From NCBI GenBank assembly GCA_034521815.1, contig JAXHLW010000013.1, forward strand, positions 1,824,001 to 1,888,000: a stretch of 64,000 nt of DNA. Reading direction: 5' to 3'. A program made the translations under genes and the position numbers. Shown in pieces: positions 33,874-44,939 of this stretch (position 1 is its first letter; each line of letters starts with the position of its first letter). The notes below the pieces were generated by a model. It saw only the letters and a list, made by a program, of their open reading frames with translations, searched no databases and had not been told where the DNA came from. The DNA is from Trueperaceae bacterium. Lineage in GTDB: Bacteria > Deinococcota > Deinococci > Deinococcales > Trueperaceae.

Positions 33874-34361
33874 AGCAGCTCCTTGCGGAGGACCTTGGAC
33901 TTCTCGAGCAGGGCGTCCGCCCAGGGGAGCAGGAGCAACGCGGCGGCGATGGTGAGGACCGTCTCGGTCACCGCCACGGCCAGCAGCGTGGCGGGCTCCT
34001 CGGGCGTCCCGGACAGCCAGACCAGCATGGCCGCGACCACCAGCCACTTGCCGGCCTGGGCGCCGACGACGATCAGCACCCGCTCCAGCAGGCCGGTCCC
34101 GGAGAGCTGCATGCGGACCACGGTGGCGGTCAACGCCGCGGCGGCCAGCCCGACCGCGTGCAGGCCCACCACGCCGAAGCCGACCAGGTCCTGCAGCATC
34201 CCGATGCCGTACGCGGCGACCACCAGCTGCCACGGCACCAGCCGGCCCAGCAGCGTCAGCATGGCCACCAGGAACAGGTCCGGGGCCGGAAGGGTGCCGA
34301 ACAAGGCCGACAGAAAGCCCTGCGCGGCGAGCAGCAGGAGGTAGAACGCCACGATCCGCAT
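33870..34361 (-). CDS. mreD: Rod shape-determining protein MreD
   Basis: PDLFL, GMLQDL, about five TM segments; precedes mrdA. Confidence 0.8.
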   Translation of the reverse strand: MRIVAFYLLLLAAQGFLSALFGTLPAPDLFLVAMLTLLGRLVPWQLVVAAYGIGMLQDLVGFGVVGLHAVGLAAAALTATVVRMQLSGTGLLERVLIVVGAQAGKWLVVAAMLVWLSGTPEEPATLLAVAVTETVLTIAAALLLLPWADALLEKSKVLRKELL

Positions 34362-34442
34362 CGCGTCCGCAGTGTACCGACGCGTCGTCGGCGGCGCCCC
34401 CGCTGGCGGACGATGGAGCGGCCGGACCGGTACGCTCCAGGC

Positions 34443-35383
34443 ATGCCCGTTCTGCTGATCCACGGAGGCGCCGGACGCATCGCGCCGCACCGGCGTGACG
34501 CCTACCGGCACGGACTGGCCGCGGCCCTCGACGCCGGCTTCGCCGTGCTGAGCGGGGGCGGCTCGGCCGTGGACGCGGTGTGCGCCGCCGTCGCCTCGAT
34601 GGAGGACGACACGGCAGCGTTCAACGCCGGGACCGGCTCCGCCCTCACCGCCTCCGGCACGGTCGAATGCGACGCCGCGGTCATGGACGGCGCCGGCCGG
34701 GTGGGCGCGGTCGCCTGCGTGTCGAACGCCCGCCATCCGGTCCAGCTGGCGCGCCGGGTCCTGGACGCGAGCCCGCACGTGCTGATGGTCGGGTCCGGGG
34801 CCGAGGCGCTGGAGCCGGAGCCGATCGATCCCAAGACGCTGATCACGCCCGCCTCCCACGCCGCCTGGCGACGCTGGCGGGCGCAGGCCACGAAGCCCGA
34901 GGGCTCGGCGACCTGCGGCGCCGTGGCGCTGGACCGGGACGGGCGGCTGGCGGCCGCGACCAGCACCGGCGGCGTGCTGGGCCAGGCGCCCGGGCGGGTC
35001 GGCGACGCGCCGATCCCGGGGCGGGCACCTGGGCGGACGCGCGCGTCGCGGTCAGCTGCACCGGTCGGGGCGAAGCGTTCCTCCGGAGCGCGACCGCCCG
35101 AAGCTTGGCGTTCTCGGTCGAGCGCGGCGACGATCCCGGCCGCGCCGTCGACGACCGCTTGGCGGAGGTGCGGTCCACAGACGGCGAAGGGGGCCTGATC
35201 GCGCTTCTGGCCGACGGAACGATCGCGTTCGGCTTCGACACGCCGCAGCTCGCGTGGGGGTGGCGACGCAGCGCGGGCGCTCCGGTGGCGGGCACGACGG
35301 TGGAGGAGGCGTGGGAGGTGGACAGCGACGCGGGCGTCACCGTGGTGCCCGGCGTCGCACCGGACCGCGTCGATCAGCGCTAG
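34443..35383 (+). CDS. iaaA: Isoaspartyl peptidase / L-asparaginase (frameshift in the G run near 35020)
   Basis: IHGGAG, FNAGTG, TCGAVA, TSTGG, GRVGD, SCTG.GE. Confidence 0.87.
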
Positions 35384-35447
35384 TCGACGGCGCGGCCTTG
35401 CGGACCCTCGGAACGGCGCCTGAGCGCGGCTGTCCTATGCTGGAGGC

Positions 35448-36368
35448 ATGATTCACACCGTCACCGTCAATCCCGCTCTGGACCTGACCTACCGCGTGGG
35501 CGAGATCCGCTACGACGACACCGTCCGTGCGCGCGAGGTGCTGCGGGCCGCCGGGGGCAAAGGCGTGAACGTGTCGCGGGTCGCGACGCGCCTGGGACAC
35601 CCGACCGTCGCGATGGGGTTCGCGGGAGGCCGGGCCGGGGACGAGATTCTCGATCTGCTGCGCGGCGAGGGCGTTCGCACCTGGTTCTCCCGGCACGATG
35701 CGCCGACGCGCACCAACGCGATCGTCCAGGACGATGCGGGGCATCAGCTGCGCGTGTCCGGTCCGGGTCCCGAAGTGCAGGAGGCGGAGGTCGACGCGCT
35801 GCTCGACAGCGTGTTCGAGCTTCGTGCGCCCGATTACCTGGTGCTCAGCGGCAGCCTGCTGCCCGGCGTGCCCAGCGACCTGTACGCCCGCATCACCGAG
35901 CGGGCCCGCGAGGACGACGTCCCCGTCGCGGTGGACGCCGACCGGGAGCTGCGTGACTCGATCGAGGCCGGGGTGGCCGTGATCAAGCCGAACGCCTACG
36001 AGCTGGGCCGCCTGGTGGGACGCACCGTGAGCGGCGTCGCCGCCGCTCGCGAGGCCGCCGACGAAGCCCGAACGATGGGCGCGGGCACGGTGGTGTGCAG
36101 CCTGGGGGCGGACGGCGCGCTGTGGGTCAGCGCCGAGGGCGCCTGGCACGCCGTGCCGCCCGAGGTGACGGTGGACTCGCCGCTGGGGTCGGGCGACTCG
36201 CTGCTGGCCGGCGTGCTGTCGGCACGCGCGGACGGGGCCGACCCGAGCGAGGCGCTGCGCATGGGCGTCGCCTGCGGAACGGCGACCGCCATCACGCCCG
36301 GCACCGAGCTGTGCCACCTGGGCGACGTCCAGGCGATCCTCCCCGAGGTGACGATCACGAAGCTCTAG
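35448..36368 (+). CDS. 1-phosphofructokinase-family (PfkB) hexose kinase
   Basis: TVTVNPALD, GGKGVNV, IKPN..E, GSGD. Confidence 0.9.
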   Translation: MIHTVTVNPALDLTYRVGEIRYDDTVRAREVLRAAGGKGVNVSRVATRLGHPTVAMGFAGGRAGDEILDLLRGEGVRTWFSRHDAPTRTNAIVQDDAGHQLRVSGPGPEVQEAEVDALLDSVFELRAPDYLVLSGSLLPGVPSDLYARITERAREDDVPVAVDADRELRDSIEAGVAVIKPNAYELGRLVGRTVSGVAAAREAADEARTMGAGTVVCSLGADGALWVSAEGAWHAVPPEVTVDSPLGSGDSLLAGVLSARADGADPSEALRMGVACGTATAITPGTELCHLGDVQAILPEVTITKL

Positions 36369-37843
36369 GGCGCGCGCACCTCGAACGACAGGCGGAACGC
36401 CGGCAGCTCCTCGCCGGGGTGGTCGACGTGATTGAGCATCGGCAGCTGCAGGTACGTGGCGTTGGCGGTCGAGTCGGGACTGGGGGCGCTGGGGCCGGTC
36501 AGCACACCCTGGTAGATCGAGGGGTAGAGCTCGATCAGGTGGAGGCCTTCCCCGCCCGGCGCCTTGAGGTGGATGGTGACGTCGCCCTGGCTGTTGAACC
36601 CGCAGCCGTAGCCCAGGTAGCCGTTGTCCATCAGCAGCGTGTAGATGTTCGCGGTCTCGGTCCAACCGACGCCCTTGATGGTGATCGTCAGGTCGCCACC
36701 GGGCTGGACCACGGCGGGCTCGATGTCCAGCACGCTGGGCGTGATGGTGTAGCGCGCCTCGGCCACCGGCTCCGCCGCGCCGCCAGGCGCCGCCCCGCTG
36801 GTCCCCGGCGCCGCCGGACGGGCCAGGATGCGGTGCTCGCCGCCCAGGTCGTCAGGCGTTTCGACCGCCGTCTCGAAGCGACCCTCGCCATCCGCCCGGA
36901 TCTCGGCGAGCGGAAGCTCGACCTCGTCCCAGCCGCCGCCGCTGATGCGGTTGCCGCGCACGGTGGTCCAGCTCAGCACGACCTCCTGATCGGGCGCGAA
37001 ACCTGCGCCCGACACGGTCAGGTCGGAGCCGACCGGGCCCGAGGCGTAGCCGAGTCCCAAGGCTGGACCGGACGATCCGTCGACCGGCGTTCCGGACGCC
37101 CTGGGCAGGCCTTGCCCCGAAGCCGCCGGCGCGGGAATCGCCGGCCCGTCCGTCACCTCGAACGTCGCTCCGAGCACGGTCGGGATCTGAGGCTTGTAGA
37201 TCGGCGCTTGCTGTTGGTTCAGGTACGGGACGGGATGGGCGCCCGACAGGACCTGCAGCGTATGGAGGCCCGGCGCTCCGGTCGCAGGGATCGTGACCTC
37301 GGCCGTGCCGCGCGTCGTCATCGCCGACAGCCAGCCGGTGTGCGTCCCGTCGTACAGAAGATGCCAGACCGACTCCCAGAAACGATACCCGATGCCGGTG
37401 AGCCGCACGGTGACGTCAGATCCGACCGGGCCCGAGGCGGGCGTCACGGTCAGCTCGGGAACGACGGCCAGCCCGTTCCTGGCGACGTCCTCGTCGTCCA
37501 CGACGAGGAACAGGTTGTGGATGTAGCCGTAGTCCTCGGGCACCTCGAACGACAGTCGCACGGCGCCGTTCGCGTCGGTCGTGCCGCTGGCCAGCGACCA
37601 GCGGGTCGCTTCGGCGGTCACGCCGAGGAACCGGCCGTCCCGGACGTTCCAGTCGGCGTCGGCCGTTTCCCAGACGAGCTCCGCCTCCACGCCTTCGGGT
37701 AGGCCGGTGCCGACCGCGACGACCGTCGCGCCGACCGAGGCTGCCGCGGGGTCCAACGCCAGGCGTCCTGGCGCCTGCGTTTGGACCTGCGCCTGCACGC
37801 TCAGCGTCGTGGCGGCCACCAGAACGAGCACGACGGTCCGCAT
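36365..37843 (-). CDS. Uncharacterised secreted protein with four Ig/IPT-like repeats (A-B-A'-B')
   Basis: Signal peptide; repeated P.SGPVGS.VTV.G.G starts; internal duplication; alternative GTG start at 37897. Confidence 0.8.
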   Translation of the reverse strand: MRTVVLVLVAATTLSVQAQVQTQAPGRLALDPAAASVGATVVAVGTGLPEGVEAELVWETADADWNVRDGRFLGVTAEATRWSLASGTTDANGAVRLSFEVPEDYGYIHNLFLVVDDEDVARNGLAVVPELTVTPASGPVGSDVTVRLTGIGYRFWESVWHLLYDGTHTGWLSAMTTRGTAEVTIPATGAPGLHTLQVLSGAHPVPYLNQQQAPIYKPQIPTVLGATFEVTDGPAIPAPAASGQGLPRASGTPVDGSSGPALGLGYASGPVGSDLTVSGAGFAPDQEVVLSWTTVRGNRISGGGWDEVELPLAEIRADGEGRFETAVETPDDLGGEHRILARPAAPGTSGAAPGGAAEPVAEARYTITPSVLDIEPAVVQPGGDLTITIKGVGWTETANIYTLLMDNGYLGYGCGFNSQGDVTIHLKAPGGEGLHLIELYPSIYQGVLTGPSAPSPDSTANATYLQLPMLNHVDHPGEELPAFRLSFEVRAP

Positions 37844-37893
37844 GGCGCGGACCGTCGCTCCTCTCGTGAAGCGAATCGTCGATGTCAAGCGCG

Positions 37894-38382
37894 TCACCCG
37901 GCAGCAGCGGGCGTGATCGTCAGGCTGGGCAGCCCGACGTCCTGACCGATCGGGGTGAAGACCGCTTCGTTCCCGGCCGCGTCGCTCACCGTGACCGTCC
38001 AGGTGAACAGCCCGGACGGGTGATCGGCGGGAATCGCCCAGCCGTACGTCCAGTACTCGTCGGTCATCTCGGCGCCGGGCGGGTGGGAGCCGTAGTGCAG
38101 CTCGAACGACGCGCCGGTGTCGAGATCGGCCGTCACGGTGACGCCCCGCTCCTCGACCGCGGCGGCATCGAGACGCTCTCCCGTCTCGCCGTCGTACACG
38201 TAGGTGCGGAACACGACCATCTCGCCCTGGTGGAACACCGCATTCGGCACGCAGACGGCGCCCATGGCACCCGGCGCGCCGCGAACGAGGTCGGCATGGA
38301 GGAAGTAGGACGGGGCCGCCCACGCCGCCTGGGCGAGCACCGCAAGGAACAGCACGAGGACCGAGGACCGTATCGTGCGCAC
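37894..38382 (-). CDS. Uncharacterised small secreted beta-rich protein
   Basis: GGAGAGAGAGGG RBS, GTG, signal peptide ending AWA; single Cys and a YGSHPP motif. Confidence 0.8.
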   Translation of the reverse strand: MRTIRSSVLVLFLAVLAQAAWAAPSYFLHADLVRGAPGAMGAVCVPNAVFHQGEMVVFRTYVYDGETGERLDAAAVEERGVTVTADLDTGASFELHYGSHPPGAEMTDEYWTYGWAIPADHPSGLFTWTVTVSDAAGNEAVFTPIGQDVGLPSLTITPAAAG

Positions 38383-38497
38383 GTTTCCCTCTCTCTCCGT
38401 GGGGCGGTAGGGAACGCCCCATCCATGAACGTGACGCCATGAACAGTAGCAGATCGCCCAGAGCGACGCCTGCACATGTCACGCACGCTCGCCGAGC

Positions 38498-41400
38498 TCA
38501 GCGCCCGAACACGTCGGGAAGCTCCTCGAACGCGATCAGCACGTCGCGCGGCTTGCTTCCCTGGTGAGCGCCGACGACGCCCAGCGCCTCGAGCGAGTCC
38601 ATCAGCTTGCCGGCGCGGGCGTGCCCGACCTGAAGCCTCCGCTGCAGGCGGCTGACGCTGGCCTGTCCCTCGTTGATCACCAGCTCGGCGGCGGTCCTGA
38701 GCTTGTCGTCGTTCCAGTCGATCAGGCCCGACGCCGTCGAGTCGTCGTGCGCGACCGGCTCGAAATCGTCGCCGTACGCCTCGACGAACTCGTCGTCGAA
38801 GTACTGCCGTCGCAGGAACGCGGCCAGGCCGGCCATCTCGTCCTCGCTGACGAACGGTCCCTGCAGACGGACCGGCTTGACCAGGCCCGGCTGGTAGAAC
38901 AGCATGTCGCCGTTGCCCACCAGGCGCTCGGCGCCCATCGCGTCCAGGATCGTGCGGGAGTCGTGCCCCGAGCTGACCGCGAACGCCACGCGCGCCGGCA
39001 CGTTCACCTTGATCAGGCTGGTGAGGATGTCGACCGAGGGACGCTGCGTCGCCAGGATCAGGTGCATCCCCGTCGCGCGGGCCATCTGCGCCAGCCGCAT
39101 GATCGCCGACTCGACCTCCTTGGGGCTGGTGATCATCAGGTCGGCCAGCTCGTCGATCACGATGGCCACGAACGGCAGGTGCGGCAGGTCCAGGTTGCGC
39201 GCCTTCTCGTTGTACTGATCGAGGTTCTTCGCCCCGATCCGGCTCATCATCTTGTAGCGCCGCTCCATGTGCGACACCGCGCCCAGCAGCACGCCCGCCG
39301 CGTCGGACGGGTTCGTCACCACCGGCCGGATCAGGTGCGGAATCCCGTCGAACGGCGTCAGCTCGACCATCTTCGGATCGATCATCAGGAAGCGCAGGTC
39401 GGTCGGCAGGAACTTGTAGATCAGGCTGGCGATGAGCGTGTTCACCGCCACCGACTTGCCCGACCCGGTCGAGCCGGCCAGCATCAGGTGCGGCATCTTG
39501 GCCAGGTCGGCGACGACCATCTCGCCGTCGATCGACTTGCCCAGGATCAGCGGCAGCCTGGCGCGGGCCCGCGCGAAGGCGGGCGCGTTCGCCGCCTCGC
39601 GGAAGCGGATCAGGTCGCGGTCGGTGTTGGGCACCTCGAGGCCGATGACGCTCTTGCCGGGGATGGGCGCCTCGATCCGGACCGAGCTGGCCGCCATCGC
39701 GAGCGCCAGGTCGTCCGCCAGGTTCGCGAAGCGGGCGATCTTCTCGCCCGGCGCCGGCTCGACCTCGAACCGGGTGACGGTCGGGCCCCGAACCGAGCTG
39801 ACCACGCGGCCCTGCAGGTTGAAGTTCGCGAGCGTCTCGTCGATCTTGCGGACGCGCTGTCTCACCTCGCGACGCTGCGCCTCGGGGTCGTCGCCGCGCG
39901 GCGGGAGCGGATCGAGCAGGTCGATCGGCGGCAGCTGGATCGGAATGCCGCCCACCTCCGGCAGGTCGCCCACGTCCCGCGTCGCGGTCGGCCGATCGGG
40001 CTTCGGCACGCCGGTGGCCCGGCCGGTGGGCTCGAACGGCGGCGACGCGTCCCCCTCGGCGTCGGTCCGGCGCCTGGAGTCACCGGACGCGTTGCGGGCG
40101 TCGCGTCCGGCCGCCGTGGACCGCGCCCCCGTCCCGGCACCCGTCGCCGCCCGCGAGGCCGAGGCCGTACCGGTCGCGGCACCGCTCGCGGCGCCCGTCG
40201 CAGCACCCGCCGCAGCACCCGCCGCGGTGGGCACGTCCTCGGTACCGAGCAGCTCGTCGCTCCAGGCGGCATCGTCGGACGCGGGGTCGCCCCTGGTCGG
40301 GTCGGTCGGGGACGCCGTGCTGGCCGCCAGCGCCTCCTCGCGCGCACGCCGCGCGACCTCGCGGGCGCGACTCTCGACGGCGGCCAGCGCCTCGCGCCAG
40401 GGGCCGTCCTGCTTGAGCGCCTCCCGGCCGCGCTCGGCCAGATCGCGCGCCAGCGCCTCGTCGAACTCCGCGACCTCGTCGACCTCGCCGAAGTCCGCGG
40501 TGACGCGCGACACCTCGCCGCACAGCGCGCGCCAGGTCTCGAGGCGCTCGGCGTCCTGTTCCAGCGCCTCGGCGGCGCTGGCGACCTGCTTGTACGCCGT
40601 GCGCCGCTCCGCGTGCGCGGCGCTGGCCGCGACCAGGCCGGACGCGTCGACGTCGGACAGGGTCGCCTCGGCCTGATCGCGGGCGCGGGTGAGCTTGCGG
40701 TAGCGCGCGTCCAGCGCGGTGAGGTCCAGCGCCAGCGCCTTGCGGACACCGTCCAGCGCGTGCGCCGTGCGCGACGCGCCGGAGACCGTCTCGGACAGAT
40801 CGTTCGTGCGGGCCTCGAGCCACGGCGCGAACTCGCGCACGCCTTCGGCGCGCAGGTGCCCGATCAGCTCGGTCGCGCGGGCGTTCGTGAAGTCGTCCAC
40901 CGCGGCCCGCCAGGTGGCGACGTCGGCTCGGGCCTCGGCCAGGCTCTCGGCGTCCGCCCCTCTCAGCCGCTGCTTCAACGTGTCGACCTGCTCGCGCCAG
41001 CGCACGAGCTCGTTGCTCCCGGGGTACAGGCCCGCCAGTGCCGCCAGATCGCGTCCCACGCGGCTCGCCTCGGTCCGCACCAACGCCACGTCCGCCTGGA
41101 ACGCGGCGCGCGTCTTCACCCGCCGCCTCGTCGCGACCGCCAAGGTCCAGAGTCGACGGATCGCCGAGCCGGTCGCGAGCAGCGTCGTGCGGACGATCCG
41201 GGTCGGCCGCCAGCCGAGCATCGCCTCGATCCCCAGCGTCACGACCAGCACGGCCGGCAGCGCGACCGCCGCACCGGTCGCCCCCGTCAGCGCCGCCCGC
41301 GTCCGCACGCCCCACGATCCGGCCACCTCGGGCGCGACCACCATCGCCAGCGCCCAGGCCCCGGCCACGGCCACGACGTAGCCGACCAGCACCCGGGGCC

Positions 41401-41674
41401 AGCCCGGCGGGTTGCGACGAACCAGGAACACGGCGCCCAGGATCAGCAGGGGCCACGGCAGCGCGTACGACGCCCAGCCGAGCCGGCCGGTGACGGCCCG
41501 CTGGACGACCGCGCCCAGCTCGCCGGTCGGGAGCGACGGGAGCAGCAGGCCGAGGAGGGACGCTCCGGCGGCGAGCAGGACCAGACCGATCGCTTCGAGA
41601 TCGACGATGCGACCGTCGGAGCGATCGGTCGCGTCGCGCGACGCACTGCCGGAACGGGAACGCTTGCGGGCCAC
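38498..41674 (-). CDS. ftsK: DNA translocase FtsK
   Basis: N-terminal TMs, helical linker, [21 protein letters not shown], gamma domain [15 protein letters not shown]. Confidence 0.96.
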   Translation of the reverse strand: MARKRSRSGSASRDATDRSDGRIVDLEAIGLVLLAAGASLLGLLLPSLPTGELGAVVQRAVTGRLGWASYALPWPLLILGAVFLVRRNPPGWPRVLVGYVVAVAGAWALAMVVAPEVAGSWGVRTRAALTGATGAAVALPAVLVVTLGIEAMLGWRPTRIVRTTLLATGSAIRRLWTLAVATRRRVKTRAAFQADVALVRTEASRVGRDLAALAGLYPGSNELVRWREQVDTLKQRLRGADAESLAEARADVATWRAAVDDFTNARATELIGHLRAEGVREFAPWLEARTNDLSETVSGASRTAHALDGVRKALALDLTALDARYRKLTRARDQAEATLSDVDASGLVAASAAHAERRTAYKQVASAAEALEQDAERLETWRALCGEVSRVTADFGEVDEVAEFDEALARDLAERGREALKQDGPWREALAAVESRAREVARRAREEALAASTASPTDPTRGDPASDDAAWSDELLGTEDVPTAAGAAAGAATGAASGAATGTASASRAATGAGTGARSTAAGRDARNASGDSRRRTDAEGDASPPFEPTGRATGVPKPDRPTATRDVGDLPEVGGIPIQLPPIDLLDPLPPRGDDPEAQRREVRQRVRKIDETLANFNLQGRVVSSVRGPTVTRFEVEPAPGEKIARFANLADDLALAMAASSVRIEAPIPGKSVIGLEVPNTDRDLIRFREAANAPAFARARARLPLILGKSIDGEMVVADLAKMPHLMLAGSTGSGKSVAVNTLIASLIYKFLPTDLRFLMIDPKMVELTPFDGIPHLIRPVVTNPSDAAGVLLGAVSHMERRYKMMSRIGAKNLDQYNEKARNLDLPHLPFVAIVIDELADLMITSPKEVESAIMRLAQMARATGMHLILATQRPSVDILTSLIKVNVPARVAFAVSSGHDSRTILDAMGAERLVGNGDMLFYQPGLVKPVRLQGPFVSEDEMAGLAAFLRRQYFDDEFVEAYGDDFEPVAHDDSTASGLIDWNDDKLRTAAELVINEGQASVSRLQRRLQVGHARAGKLMDSLEALGVVGAHQGSKPRDVLIAFEELPDVFGR

Positions 41675-41816
41675 ACCCGAGTCTATCGCGGACCCGGGCG
41701 ACCCCCGGCAGCGCAGACGGAATGAGCGATCCGTGAGCCCTGGAGTGGCATCATGACGTCGTCATGGCGGCTCGCGCTCACCCCCTGCACCGACGTCGCC
41801 GCGCACGGCTCGCGCC

Positions 41817-43652
41817 GTGAATAGCCTGCCTCGGTCCCTGACGTCGCTCGTGACCGGTGGCTTGGCGGCGCTGGCGATGACGGCGCTCATCGTGGCGGTC
41901 GTGCCCGCCGCATCGACCGGGGCACGGATCACGAGCCTCGGGCTCTCCGTGATCCTGAGCCTGCTGGCATGGGCGACGATCCGCCAAACGCGCGGTCGCG
42001 GTCGCGTCGCAGGCGGCCTGACCCGCGCCAACGAACGGATCGTGCTGGCGAACGACCGTTCCGCGGCGGCCTCCTCCGCCCTGCAGTTCGTGTCCGACAC
42101 CACCGGCGTCGACCTGGCGTGCGTGCTGGTGCTGCGCGGCGCGCGCCTCGCTCCGCTGGCCGTGACCGGCGACCTCTCCTCGCTCCCGGAAACGTTCGCC
42201 GCAGAGGGCGTCCCGTACGAGCCGGGGCCCCTACGCGACGCCTGGCGAGAGCGTCGATCGATCTTCACGTCGGACGGCGTGGGCCGAGCCTCCGACCAGG
42301 ACGGGAGCGCGCCACCGCTCGGAGCGGTCGCGTCGGCGGTGGTTCCCGTGCCCGACGCCGAGGGCGTGACGCGTGCGCTCCTGGTCCTCGCGAACGCCAC
42401 CCGCCGCCGTGCATGGCCGGACGAGGAGCGCAGGATCACGCGCGGCGTCGCGCTGGTGCTCGGCGCGGCGCTTCATCGCCTGCACCTCGACCATCAGCTG
42501 CACGAGATGCGCGATGTGCTCCGCGCCGTCGCCCAGGCCGTCGACCCGCGAGAGGCGTACGACCGCGCGGTGCACGCCGCCGTCCGCGTGATCCCGGGGG
42601 CGGAGGCCGCCACGCTCCTGGTCCGGAACGACGAGGGGCGCTACGGCTTCGTGGCGGCCGAGGGCTACGACTTGGGGCAGCTCGTCGCGGTGGGCGACTT
42701 CGACGAGCAGATCACCCTCGACTGGTACGGCCTCGGACGGGCATCGTTCGTTCGCGGCGTCCCGCGACTCCTTCGCGGCAGCGAGATCGGACCGCGCAGC
42801 TACGCCACCACGCACGGCGACGAGCAGGGGGACGCGCTCCTCGGCGCAGGCCGCGTGGCCGAGTTCCAGGCCACCATCTGCGTACCGATCGTGGCCGCGG
42901 GCGAGGTGCTCGGAACGATGAACATCGACAACATGTCGCTCGACGAGGCGTTCGGCGAGGCGGAGCTGGAGCTCGCCGGCGCGTTCGGACAGCAGATGGG
43001 GGTGCTCTTTCGCCAGACGCACGCGCTGGAGGCGCTGGCCCTGGCGGCGACCACCGATTCGGTGACCGGCCTCGCGAACCGCGAGGGGTTCAACCAGCGC
43101 GTCGCGACGGAGCTCGCGCGGGCGGCGCGTCGCGACGAGCCGGTCCACCTCGTGATGATGGATCTCGACGGGTTCAAGCGGGTGAACGACCGTTTGGGCC
43201 ACAACGCCGGCGACGCCGTCCTGCGCCGTGTCGCGGCCGCCCTTCGCTCCGCCTCCCGTGAAGAGGACGGCCTGTTCAGGTGGGGCGGCGACGAGTTCGT
43301 GCTGCTGCTGGCGGGCGGGACGAAGGCGGAGGCCCGCGCCGCGGCCGACCGGCACGTCGAAGCGATCGAATCGGTCACCGTCGGCGGCCTGTCGATGTCG
43401 GCGTCGGTCGGGATCGCCAGCTGGCCCGACGACGCTCGGGACACCGAGGATCTGCTTCGGCGCGCGGACGATCTCATGTACCGGCACAAGCGGCGCGACG
43501 GGGCCCCCTCGGACGAAACGCGTGCTGACGAGCCCCGTCCCGACGAGCCCCGTCCCGACGAGCCGCCCGCTAACGAGCAGGACCGTCAGTCGCGCTCGGC
43601 CTCCTCCAGCGAGGACGACGTCAGCGACGACGCCTCCAGCGACGCGTCGTAG
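41817..43652 (+). CDS. Membrane GAF-GAF-GGDEF diguanylate cyclase
   Basis: Two N-terminal TMs, GAF-like segments, DLDGFKRVND..GH..GD, RxxD I-site, intact GGDEF. Confidence 0.9.
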   Translation: MNSLPRSLTSLVTGGLAALAMTALIVAVVPAASTGARITSLGLSVILSLLAWATIRQTRGRGRVAGGLTRANERIVLANDRSAAASSALQFVSDTTGVDLACVLVLRGARLAPLAVTGDLSSLPETFAAEGVPYEPGPLRDAWRERRSIFTSDGVGRASDQDGSAPPLGAVASAVVPVPDAEGVTRALLVLANATRRRAWPDEERRITRGVALVLGAALHRLHLDHQLHEMRDVLRAVAQAVDPREAYDRAVHAAVRVIPGAEAATLLVRNDEGRYGFVAAEGYDLGQLVAVGDFDEQITLDWYGLGRASFVRGVPRLLRGSEIGPRSYATTHGDEQGDALLGAGRVAEFQATICVPIVAAGEVLGTMNIDNMSLDEAFGEAELELAGAFGQQMGVLFRQTHALEALALAATTDSVTGLANREGFNQRVATELARAARRDEPVHLVMMDLDGFKRVNDRLGHNAGDAVLRRVAAALRSASREEDGLFRWGGDEFVLLLAGGTKAEARAAADRHVEAIESVTVGGLSMSASVGIASWPDDARDTEDLLRRADDLMYRHKRRDGAPSDETRADEPRPDEPRPDEPPANEQDRQSRSASSSEDDVSDDASSDAS

Positions 43653-44939
43653 GCCGGACGGGTCAGCAGGTAGTCCTCGAGCACGACCTTGATCAGCGCG
43701 ACGGTCGGGACCGCGAGGAGCGCACCGACGAACCCCATCAGCCCGAGGCCCGCCATGATCGCCAGCAACACCGTCACCGGGTGCAGGTCCACGCTGCGCG
43801 AGAGGATGAACGGGCTGAGCACGTTGCCCTCCAGCTGGTTCGCGACGATGAACACGATGACCGCGCCCAGCGCCGTCCACGGGCCGACCGTGAACCCCAG
43901 CAGGACCGCCGGGATCACGCCGACGATCGGTCCCAGGTACGGCACCAGGTTGAAGATCGCGGCCAGGAAGCTGATCGCCGTCGCGAGCGGAATCCCGATC
44001 AGCGACAGCCCGATCCAGATCATCACCCCGAGGATCGAGGTGATCAGCAGCTGGCCTCGGAGGTAGCCGCCGACGGCGCGGTCGGTCTTCCCGATCAGGT
44101 CGTGCGCCAGCGGGCGCCAGCGGACCGGGACGAAGCGCTGGACGTTCGCGACGAAGCGCGGGAAGTCGTACAGGAAGTACGCGCTCGCGAGCAGGATCAG
44201 GAACACCTGCAGCGTGGTCGAGACGATGCTGGTCGCACCGCTGAGCAGCATGCTGGGGCCGCCGGTGAGCACGCGCTCGAACAGCTGCACGAGATTCTCG
44301 ACCGTCGTCTCGAGCACGCTGGCGACGCGGTCGCGCGCCTCGACGCCCAGCTCGGCGCCCTCGGGCTGGACGCCCAGACGTTGGTCGAGGAACTCGGTGA
44401 CGAACGGTGGCGCCTGCCCGAGGACCCCTTCGAACCACACGCCCAGCCGGCCGAACTGCTCGACCCAGGCTCTCGACCGCTTCGGGGATCAGGTTCACGA
44501 AGCGGCTGAGCTCGCCCACGACCTGACCCAGCAGGATCGAGCCCAGCACCAGGAGCTGCAGCAGCGCGAGGTACACGATCACCACGGCGAACGGACGGCG
44601 AACGCGGATGCGTCCCAGCGCCTCGACGACGGGGTTGAGCACGTACGCCACCACGAAGCCGATCAGGCCCACCTGGAGCGCGAACGCGTACTTGTCGCGT
44701 AGCGACCAGTAGCGCCAGGACGACGAGCACGGCCACGATCAGGTACGTCGCGGCCCGCACCCAGGCGTGCCGCCAGACCACCTCGATCGCCGTGATCTGG
44801 GGGTGGGCGGCGCGGCGCCGGATCCCGCAGCGCCGCGCGGCTCGGTCGCGGCGCGCGACGCGGTCGCATCGCCCCGGTCGCCCGAGCCGTGGCGCCCCGT
44901 CACGTCGTCGCGACCTGCCGGCCCGCCCGGGTCGCTCAC
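43586..44939 (-). CDS. AI-2E/PerM family transporter (2-3 frameshifts near 44470-44810)
   Basis: AYVLNP.V, GGYLRGQ, NLVPYLGP, QLEGNVLSP, LHPVTV; start uncertain. Confidence 0.82.
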
